Positions 53,727 to 64,000 of a stretch of DNA of 64,000 nt are shown piece by piece. The position numbers were made by a program, and so were the translations under genes. The DNA is taken from contig NC_043002.1 of the NCBI RefSeq assembly GCF_006345805.1, forward strand, positions 57,288,001 to 57,352,000, written 5' to 3'. Position 1 is the stretch's first letter. Every line of letters starts with the position of its first letter. The stretch is from Octopus sinensis. Its lineage: Eukaryota. Below the pieces are notes generated by a model, which was given only the letters and a program-made list of their open reading frames with translations, had not been told where the DNA came from and ran no database searches.

Positions 53727-55123
53727 ATCATCATTATTATTATTGAGAGAGCCGTGTATGCCGTCAAAGTGGCACTGGGGTACAAATATACGAAGTCCAA
53801 TATGCCCGTCAATCTTTCTGTATGGCTTGATAGTTCCGGGTCAATAAGCTCTGATCTTGGGCAGCCAAGATAAAGCCTTCACTCTCTGCCTTTAGCCCTG
53901 AGCTCCGTAGCCACTGATGGGTGTGCTTCTAATCTACATTAACCTGTTTGCTACATTTATACATATACATACATTTCCGTCTGAAGAATACACTCACAAA
54001 GCTTTGGTCAGCGTGAGGCTTATGGTAGAAGACACTAGCATAAGGTTCCACACAGTGAGACTGAATCAGGAACCATGTGGTTGGGAAAGAGGCTTTTTAC
54101 CATACATTCACGCCTGCTGTTATACACACACACACAGTCATTTGAATTATGCAATCTTTCTGTATGTTTCTTTGTCTCTCACCAGACTGTTGTTGACTTC
54201 CAACTTCTGCGCATTACCTTCGTCCATTAAACACCCATAAACTCGGAACTCCCAAATATGTTATGTTCTTAACTCTATGACTAATCACTGATTACATCAA
54301 ATTAGTACGTTTATAAGAGAATCTGGCAATAAACGATCAGCCTTCGGCCATAGTCTATTAAACAAGTTTGAAATTCGCCATGAATCACTTGTTGTTGAGA
54401 GCTGAGTATTAAGTTACTGTTTACACTGGCGATTGCTGATTTATTTCTTATCTTGAGCTACAATCGTTGCGCCTGTAACATTAATACTTTTGACGTTGTT
54501 TGGTTCTCGTCGTCGTTGTGGTGGCGGCGATTCATGTTTCTAAATGTGACAAATTATCGAAGTCTTTTCTTATGTTGTGACTGGAGTTACATATATACAT
54601 TTGTGAACTCTGACTCTGCCAGTTTAAGCAAACCATCCCCCTTTTACTGATATTATTGTTTCCGGCTGAAATATGCGCAGCTGGGGCACTCTAAGTAATT
54701 CGACACCCTTTTCCTTATCGAAGACGGACGTTAGATCTTCCCGGATCTAGTAGACGTTTGTCCACTTAAAATCACAACTGAAGATATTATTAACAGCTCC
54801 TTTACGTAATAGTTCGTGTTGTATTTATAGTTTAGAAACATTTTGGGTTAAGAAGTTTACTTCGCAACCACATGACTTCGGGTTCGATCCTTTTGCGTGG
54901 CACTGTGGGCAAGTGTCTTTCACTATAGCAGCACCGAGCCGACTGGTGCAGTCTCAATGAGTTTGATGCACGGAGTCTATGTGAAATCTGGTCGTGTATG
55001 TATGTATGTATGTATGTATGTATGTATGTATGTATGTATGTATGTATATGTTTATGTGTGTATGTATTGTGTAGGTATGTATATATATATATATATATAT
55101 ATATAGATAAGTAGTTTTAGAGC

Positions 55124-55435
55124 GACATTAAAATTAGGTGTACTAAAATGAACATCTCTCAATGATTAATTTGTATATATAAAAGTAGCTTTAGAAACAG
55201 GACCACCTTCAACTCAATCAACAGTGAAAGATTTTATACCCGACCACTCCATAAAATGTTAAATATTAAATCTTATACTAACTATATCTATTCTGAATCC
55301 CGTATTTTCCGTTTAAAAGACTACATGTGTTTCAGTGTTGATTGAGTTGAAGGAGGTTCTGTCTCTAAAACTACTTTTATATATACGAATTAACCATTGA
55401 GAGATGTTCATTTTAGTACATCTAATTTGAATGTC
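55124..55435. mobile_element. Foldback MITE, ~105-bp TIRs
   Basis: GACATTAAAATTAGGTGTACTAAAATGAACATCTCTCAATG... vs ...CATTGAGAGATGTTCATTTTAGTACATCTAATTTGAATGTC. Confidence 0.87.
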
Positions 55436-55466
55436 TTTTTCCCGTGTACTCGGAAGTAAAATTCCC

Positions 55467-55510
<44 letters not shown>

Positions 55511-55513
<3 letters not shown>

Positions 55514-55807
55514 GACCTGGAAATAGAGGTAACTAGAATGTGGAATCTAAAAACAGAAACAATTCCTATCATAGTAGGTGCATTAGGCATGATAAAAAAA
55601 TATTCAGACAAATACATAACAAAAACACCAGGACTTCAAACACATATAACATACAGAAATTGCACTACTAGGCACTGCACACATCCTACGCAAAACACTT
55701 TCCATACAATAACCATCAGAGCATCACAACAAATCACAGCACATACCAAGGCACACAGAGCTGTGTTCGGTAGTGAAGTGTGAAAGCACGCTATAAAAAT
55801 AAAACTA

Positions 55808-55812
<5 letters not shown>
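55511..55812 (+). mobile_element. R4/Dong-like LINE 3' end embedded in (AAT)n
   Basis: KDLEIEVTRMWNLKTETIPIIVGALGMIKK...(frameshift) IQKIALLGTAHILRKTLSIQ*; (AAT)n immediately 5' and 3'. Confidence 0.85.
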
Positions 55813-55888
<76 letters not shown>

Positions 55889-56154
55889 TAATAATAATAA
55901 AATAATAATAATAATAATAATAATATATTATTATATATATAATATATATATTATATATATATATAATATATATATATTATATATATATCTATATAAAGGT
56001 AAGCAGAGTTAGCGGCTGGAAAACCGTCTAAGGGATAAGTATATCCGTTCTTACTACCTATGTTAACCCTGGACATGGTTATGCAAGTACACTATACTCA
56101 TAGGGTACAGGTAACAACAAAATAAACAAAAGTTTATCAGGAATTAAGTTTAAA

Positions 56155-56312
56155 TAATCAGAAAATGGAGAAAACCTTTGATCAACAAACAAATTGAACA
56201 ACGTCGGTTAATTATTTTTTGATACAAAACATAACATGTGATATGTTTTGTATTAAAAAATAACCGATGCTGGTCAATTTGTTTGTTGATCAAAAGTTTT
56301 CTCAATTTTCTG

Positions 56313-56317
<5 letters not shown>
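56155..56317. repeat. Palindromic element, ~80-bp arms with almost no loop
   Basis: CAGAAAATGGAGAAAACCTTTGATCAACAAACAAATTG... vs ...CAATTTGTTTGTTGATCAAAAGTTTTCTCAATTTTCTG; adjacent to (TA)n. Confidence 0.82.
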
Positions 56318-56361
<44 letters not shown>

Positions 56362-56829
56362 AAAAGGATAAATCTAGCCATTTTACCACAGTTTTCAATT
56401 GTGGAACACGACTGTCACTACATAAACCTGACGATTGCGTAATGCATGAAAGCATTACTATCCCAGGATTATTTCCTGGGACAATTAAGCTACTTTTAGC
56501 TATATTGTAATTGTTCCCTTGGATTTCTCCTATTATACATGTTATAGGACTCAATAGAATCTAGGCACATCAACACGTGGGATGCCAGAAATGGTTAGGT
56601 ACAATAACATAGGGTTCATGGTGAGATGAAACAACCATGAAGGTATCAAGTTTTGGTAGACTACTGTAGATATGTAAGTACCACCCCCAATTTAAAACCG
56701 TTGTTTTGATTTAGGGTTGGTTCTAAGTGTGGAATAAATATAAAAAGAGAACAAAAATGGGTTTAAATAAGTGCACTGTTGCAGAGGGAAGAAGGAATGT
56801 GAACACTGATAACTCCGCTTACAGAACCA

Positions 56830-56990
56830 GAAGAGATAATATAACATGTAACTGTAGACGGGAAAATGAATGCAAATTTAACATCAAATGTATGGTAAAG
56901 AATCTGCTTTACAAAGGTGAAGTGAAGACGGGTGAATCATGCAAACATAAAATCAAGGCATCCTTCCTATAATTTAAGCAGAATATTATG
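56830..56990 (+). mobile_element. Penelope-like element fragment (Cys-rich linker before GIY-YIG)
   Basis: NITCNCRRENECKFNIKCMVKNLLYKGEV resembles the PLE CNC-x4-CPL-x-G-x-CL...VVY-x-A motif; degraded. Confidence 0.5.
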
Positions 56991-57739
56991 AAACAGAGAA
57001 ACACTAACCGTCATTAGCATCAAACAGAAGAAGAGAGGAACATATAAACGAACTAAACCCCCCCCCCAAAAAAAAACAACTACTTTCCTTTGCTATGTCA
57101 TTGTATCACAAGAAGTAAATAAAAGACCCTTTAAGTGAACATCATTTGTCATTTCAGATAATGAATTTCAACACCAAAACTAAGTTTGCTTACTGACCCT
57201 ACAACATCTGAATTCAAGTGCCTGCTGTGATTAAGGTCAAACCAATGAATTATACTACCCATCCCAACATGTGCACACACAAATATTGAAACAAGTCTAG
57301 CCTCACCATACCCTCCTCCCACTCCTTTATCATTACCATTCTATATCATCTATTCTTTCCTTATCAAATACACACAGAAAAACCCACATACCCGAATGAA
57401 CCGATTGATTGATGAAAATTGATAAACTTCATTCAGTTATACATTCATTGCTTCCAACTTTAATGCCATATCACCTGATGAAATGAATGCATGAACTAAG
57501 ATCCATCTGATGTCCATGAATATTACAGATTGTACTGTACTCATCCCAGGAATACAGTCTATGATCATAAGAAACATGTGATTTGCGGAAACGCGCGTAG
57601 TCATGCATTAAAATATTTATAAATTCCAACCATGGATTATTATTATTATTTCTATATCTATCCTACATTATATCGGCACAGCTCGGTACAATCCCAACTG
57701 CTGTTGCAAGTTAGTATCAAATTCCATCTTTTCTTTAAT

Positions 57740-58058
57740 TTCATTCCTAAAGCGTGGAAACTTCTCGTGATCTTCTGTTTTACTCATGGCAGCGGCCTCG
57801 TAAGCTGTTTGAAGCATGATCACTGTTTCGGCCGCGTTTTTCCCATCAGAAAACAGAATTTCACAGAAGCACGCTGTTCCTTCGTTTCAGCCATCGCAGA
57901 GAGACGAACAGAGAAGTACTGCGAAACAAAGACGCACCGCGAGGCAGTAAGATCCTGCTGGGCAACGCCGGTCGGCAAACTGATGCCTGAGGGTCACAGC
58001 GAGTTGGATCCTTGTCCCACAGAGAATGTTTCCTATTACTTTTGGGCACCCAGTCGTA
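57740..58058 (-). mobile_element. Mariner 5' end (TIR + HTH N-terminus)
   Basis: ATG at 57894: MAETKEQRASVKFCFLMG..NAAETVIMLQTAYEAAAMSKT; terminus TACGACTGGGTGCCCAAAAGT. Confidence 0.78.
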
Positions 58059-58075
58059 TACATACATACATACAT

Positions 58076-58117
<42 letters not shown>

Positions 58118-58120
58118 GAT

Positions 58121-58350
58121 GGCGGCGAGCTGGCAGAAACGTTAGAACGCCGGGCGAAATACTTAGTGGTATTTTGTCTGCCGTTATGTTCTGAGTTCGG
58201 ATTCCACCGAGGTCGACTTTGCCTTTCATCCTTTCGGGATCGATTAAATAAGTACTAGTTACGCACTAGGGTCGATGTAATCGACCTAATCCCTTTGTCT
58301 GTCCTTGTTTGTTTCCTCTATATTTAGCCCCTTGTGGGCAATAAAGAAAT
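58121..58350 (+). mobile_element. SINE family A, full length, tail type 2
   Basis: GGCGGCGAGCTGGCAGAA head, GAGTTCGGATTCC B box, tail TTTAGCCCCTTGTGGGCAATAAAGAAAT. Confidence 0.82.
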
Positions 58351-58374
58351 ATGTATATGTATAATATATATATA

Positions 58375-58457
<83 letters not shown>

Positions 58458-58761
58458 TATACATGTGTGTGCGTGAACGGAAAACTATGCTATATATTTA
58501 AAACAAATGCTTGCTTTATGGGTAGAGATGGCTTGTTTGCTTTAGTAGAATGCTAGATGACAATGTAAAAGGAGACGAATCAGATTTGTATTTTCAATGT
58601 ATCGTGACCGTATCATTTTCCCCACGATATTGTTGACGCCATTTTGTTCATCAATCATTTCATTTTTCTCTTTCAACAAACAACTCATATGAGATATCAC
58701 CTCTCATCTTCCTCCATCTCTCTCTGTAATCTCTCTCTTGATTTTTACATTTCTCTCTCTT

Positions 58762-58797
<36 letters not shown>

Positions 58798-59151
58798 CGT
58801 CTTTCTTTCTTTCTTTCTTTTTTCCCTCCTCCCACTGTATCTCCTTTTAATAGTTTTGGATTTGGTTTTTCATTTTTATTTCATTCTTCTTTTTACGGAT
58901 ACATTTCAGATTCTGATCCATTTATCACACCTTCGCCATTTCTTTATTCTCCCATATTGTTCTTTATATTCTTCCCGTCTTCGTTTCTTTCCTCCCTGCT
59001 GTCTATAATTCTATATTTCTCTCGTGTCTTTATCTACTACTCTTCAATTCTTCCTTCCTCAGTCATATGCCTCACTCAAATACATACATCCACACTCATA
59101 CACATACACTACATACATACATACATACATACACATATATATATATGTATG

Positions 59152-59220
<69 letters not shown>

Positions 59221-59568
59221 GTATACATATGCACACACGTACACTCATGCACACATATATATATATGTATGCACACATATATGAATATATATATATATAC
59301 ATATATACACATATATATGCATATATATAATATATATGTATATATACATATATATATATATACATAAATACATACATATATACATACATACACACACAAA
59401 GATATATATATATATATGCACATCATGTTCCAGACTTCATTCTTTCTCTCATCTATTCTCTCTACTCCCCTCCACCAATCAACGCCCCTCATTTCCTTTC
59501 TATCTATAATTTCCCACTATCACAACACTAGCCAAAAACAAACAATATCTATCAAACTTCCATGAAAG

Positions 59569-59642
<74 letters not shown>

Positions 59643-59708
59643 CTTCTTCTTCTTCTTCTTCTTCTTCTTCTTCTTCTTCTTCTTCTTCTTCATATTATTA
59701 TTATTATT

Positions 59709-60716
59709 GAGTGAGAGAGTAGTGCATGCCATCAAAGTGACACTGGGGTAAAATATACGAAGCCCAACATACCAATCATGATAACCCGTCTGACATGGGT
59801 ACTCCAGGCGTATGCATCACAACCATATATGCATGACATAGTGGTGTCATATTAAGATAACCAGCACATGACCTTGCATGTGGGGCCCAGTTACAATTTT
59901 TTTCTGGTCGAGTAGCCCATCCCGCTCAAGAGGTCCCCCAATAAGGATTGTTTAAGGATGTTGAACGAACCACCCATGTTTCCAAAGGTGAATTATCCAA
60001 ACCCCAAAGAATTCCTCTCATCACATGGCTATGATGCTCTCCCACTACCTCTGCTCTTGATCAGAGATGCACATATTGCCAGCCACTAAGAAACATGCTC
60101 AACTGGTTATGGTCAAGCAACTGACAAGCAAATCTGTGGTATTGAGCAGAATATTTGTTGTAGCCTAGCTTTTATACCAAGACAAAACACTTCCAATCAT
60201 TTAAGATCAGAAGCCATGAGAGCCACTGTCTGGAAATGCATCAGGACATTATTATTATTATTATTATTGAGTGAGAGAGTGAGAGAGCAGCATGCAACAA
60301 TGACACTGGGGTAAAATATACGAAGCCCAATATACCCATCATGACTACCCGTCTGATAAAGGTACACAGGCACATGAATCACAACCATATGTGCGCGACA
60401 TGGTGATCTCATATCAAGATAAACAGCACATGACCTTGCAGGTGGGGCCCAGTTAGATTTTCTTCAGTTCGAGTAGCCCATCCGCTCAAAAGGTCCATGA
60501 ATAAGAGTTGTTTAAGGATATTGAAGAACCACCATGTTTCCAGAGGTGAATTATTCAAACCCCAAAGAATCCCTCTCAACACATGGCTATGATGCTCCCC
60601 CACTACTTCTGCTCGTGATCAGAGATGCAGATATCGTCAGCCACTAAGGGACATGCTCAACTGGTTAAGGTCAAACAACTGACAAGCAAATCTATGGTAT
60701 TGAGCAGAATATTTGC

Positions 60717-60759
<43 letters not shown>

Positions 60760-60799
60760 GTCATTATCATCCTCATCATCCTCATCCTCATCCTCATCC

Positions 60800-60831
<32 letters not shown>

Positions 60832-60901
60832 GTCATCATCGTCATCGTCATCATCGTCATCGTCATCATCATCATCATCATCATCATCATTATTATTATT
60901 A

Positions 60902-60933
<32 letters not shown>

Positions 60934-61380
60934 TATTATTATATTGTTATTGATTACTATTGAGTGAGAGAGCATGCCATCAAAGTGACACAGGGGTACA
61001 AATATACGAAGCCCAATATACCCATCATGACTACCCGTCTGATAAGGGTACACCAGACTCATGCATCACAACTATATGCGCGCGACATGGTGATCTCTTA
61101 TCAAGATAAACAGGTATTACTTTACAGTTGTGGCCCAGTTAAAATTTTCTTCGGGTTGAGTAACACACTCCGCTCAAAAGGATCCTGAATAAGGGTTGTT
61201 GAAAGAAAAACCCATGTTTACAGAGGCGAATTATTCAAACCCCAAAGAATTCTTCTCATCACATGGTTATGGTGCTCCCTTACTACTTCTGCTTGTGATG
61301 AGATGCACATATCGTGAGCCCTTAAGGGACATGCTCAACAAGTTAGGGCCAAACAACTGACAGGCAAATCTGTGTCTGTG
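59709..61380 (-). mobile_element. Three head-to-tail family C copies separated by (ATT)n/(CAT)n
   Basis: Each begins on plus with TGAGTGAGAGAG...CCATCAAAGTGACAC/CAACAATGACAC at 59709, 60268 and 60961. Confidence 0.85.
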
Positions 61381-61869
61381 TGTGTAGTTCATCTTTAATA
61401 CCAAGACAAAACATTGATAGCGCTTCCAATCAATCAATATCAAAAGCCACGTGGATCAGTCTTGAGTTAGCAGGATCGGTATAACGCCGATCAAAATGCA
61501 TAGCGACATATCGTCCGCCTTGACGTTCTGAGTTCAAATTCCGCTGGGGTCGACTTTGCCGTTCACCCTTTCGAAGTCGATAGAATAAGTACCTGATGAG
61601 TACTGGGGTCGTATAATAATCCTTTCTTAAATTGGCACAAGACCTGAAATTTGCTGGAGGGGACTATTCGAATACACGAACCCGGTGTTTCACTGGTACA
61701 TAATTATTATAACAATTTTCAATGGCTGACTTGAAACTTTTAAGAACAGATTGACGCATTAATTCCATTCATCTGGCGAAAAGATGACTCTCTAACTCCA
61801 ATTCTAATTTATTTCGTTACCATTTCTTTCTGTCTGCCTCACTCTTGGTATACACCCCACACATCTATC

Positions 61870-61903
<34 letters not shown>

Positions 61904-62005
61904 ATCTATCTATCTATCTTATCTACTATCTATCTATCTATCTATTCTATCTATCTATCTATTATCTATCATCTATCTATTATCTATCTATCCATCCATC
62001 CATAC

Positions 62006-62105
62006 NNNNNNNNNNNNNNNNNNNNNNNNNNNNNNNNNNNNNNNNNNNNNNNNNNNNNNNNNNNNNNNNNNNNNNNNNNNNNNNNNNNNNNNNNNNNNNN
62101 NNNNN
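62006..62105. other. Assembly gap (100 N)
   Basis: Run of n; the round length suggests a placeholder of unknown size. Confidence 0.99.
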
Positions 62106-62475
62106 CTTTTTCGACACCTCCTTCTTTTTGCTTTTTATCAAGGTTCTAAGCCGCAAAAGCTGCTCGCGACATTTGTGCTGTGTATGGAGACGGTGTCATA
62201 GCTGAAAGAACAACTTGTGATTGGTATGCCAAGTTCAAAAATGGAAATTTTGACCTCAAATTCGCACCGTTCTGGCCGTCCAGTTGATTCGCCGGAGGTC
62301 TGTTGGTCTGTTGTATGGTTCCATGCTGTCAATCCGAACATCTGAATTGAACATGCAGCGTGTTTTTGCCAAGTTTCTCCTCCGTTTCCTGGCCACTGAG
62401 CAGAAAGAACCTCGCGTCGAAATCTGTCAAGATCAACGTCAGCGTGTGGCTGATGGCCCATCCTTCATGTCGAGG
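62106..62475 (+). mobile_element. Mariner transposase fragments (two subfamily-like segments joined)
   Basis: FRHLLLFAF..AARDICAVYGDGVIAERTTCDWYAKFKNGNFDLK..SGRPV, then VGLLYGSMLSIRTSELNMQRVFAKFLLRFLATEQKEPRVEICQDQRQRVADGPSFMSR. Confidence 0.78.
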
Positions 62476-63177
62476 TAGTGCCCTAGCATGGATGCAATCT
62501 AATGACTGAAACAAGTAGAAGATAAAGAAGATTATCAATTAGAAAGGACCTGTCATTCATCGACTCGTCCTTCACTCTCAGTTCCGCTGAGACTGAAACC
62601 ACATGGTTGCGCTTTGAGGATAAACGTTTAATTACCATTACTCCCAGGGCCGTTCTGACCTGGACCATTAGTACCTGCCAGGTTCCTATCTTTGGGTTAA
62701 ATATACTTTCCAGAGGTAGAAGAGGCTTCCGTTGTTTTTGACAAAAAATCGCGGGGGAAGACAACTCTTCTAGGAGAAAGATATTCTGAAGTAAAACTTG
62801 CAGTCAAAACAGTTACCAATCAATATGCGATGCTTCTATGTCGACCGAGAAAGTAACAAAAGGGTTGTACAAGCTTTTTTCACTTAATTCCAACGACGTA
62901 CAGATGCCTCACTCTCATTTCATTTCTTGGTCCTTTTTGTATTCTATGAAGTCCTATAGCGATGGTTGCATGGCGACATGTAAAGTCATTCGCGCAGATG
63001 CAAGGTTGAAAGGAAATCAGAACAATCAGGTTGAATGTGAGACGCCCTGCATCTGACAAGATAAAGCGATCATGTATGTATGTACGTATGTATGTACGTA
63101 TGTATGTATGTATGTATGTATGTATGTAGTATGTATGTATGTATGTATGTATGTATGTATGTAGTGTATATATATTA

Positions 63178-63240
<63 letters not shown>

Positions 63241-63364
63241 ATTTGTATGTTTTGCTTTACGTATGCATTCTCATACATATAGTTGCATATCTAGACATGC
63301 TATTATATTTAAAAAAATGGTAAACCTCTGGAAAGTTTTAGAGATTTCAACAGTTTCATGTATG

Positions 63365-63396
<32 letters not shown>

Positions 63397-64000
63397 TGTA
63401 TGTATGTATGTATGTATGTACGTATGTATTACGTACACACAAACATTAAAATAGATATTTTCACTGTTGTGTTTTCGATGTTTGTGGCGTCACTTTACGA
63501 AAGAAATTATTATCTTAAATTACTGGTCGATTTATAAATATTTGGTCACAACGTGGCTTATGATGACTGAGTTTCTTAGATTTTAATAAAAAATATCGAA
63601 CTGGCAAGTTGCAGAGACAAGTTAAAAGACACTGTATTTCGACGTATGATAACTGACGCAACAGTTTCATGCGGAGTGATTATGTGGTGTGAAAGAATAG
63701 TAAAGGGGATAGAAAGCTGTGTGTTTTTATTATAGAACTGAGTGAATTTAATGAGAAAGAAACAGAATGTAGTAGAAACTGAACGATGGTTTGTTACAGA
63801 GGCTTCTGGGGGTCCTAGAAAGATATCATATTTTTAAAAAGAGGAGGCGGGGTAAAATGAAATAGTGAAGGCGCATGGTCTGGTGGCTAGGATTTTACAC
63901 TCACCATTGCAGGAGTGTGGTTTCTATTACCAGAGCGTGGGGTGCATTGTATTCATTTGGCGTTGCTCTACTTTCACACAGCTGTAAATGGACTGCGTCC

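Overview
Eukaryotic, AT-rich, microsatellite-saturated genomic DNA. The repeat families (tRNA-headed SINEs with CORE-like bodies, CR1, RTE, Tx1 and R4/Dong LINE remnants, mariners, foldback MITEs) look like those of an octopus or other coleoid cephalopod; this is inference from recognition, with no database search. One host gene is supported: a minus-strand caveolin. Two exons were found that are absent or only partly present in the ORF track: 17580-17657 (VTFQEIIAEPEPSVFSLDKVWILSFK) and 9026-9289 (VFNVTKIWCYR...VKMALAGE*). They are joined in phase 0 across an 8.3-kb GT-AG intron. The N-terminal exon(s) could not be identified. Almost all ORFs in the supplied track are translated microsatellites. 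Most notable observations: (1) the caveolin UGA-C stop is followed by a 7-bp GC stem-loop and a 39-codon open extension (candidate readthrough or A-to-I stop recoding); (2) a 5'-truncated Tx1 LINE with a near-perfect 78-bp fold-back inverted duplication, inserted in (TATC)n; (3) several hammerhead-ribozyme-like motifs, including a repeated CUGUUGA core variant; (4) SINE 3' tails matching LINE 3' ends present in the same window; (5) a 4 x ~780-bp tandem array; (6) at least six long foldback elements. A 100-N assembly gap lies at 62006-62105. TE boundaries are approximate, read by eye.
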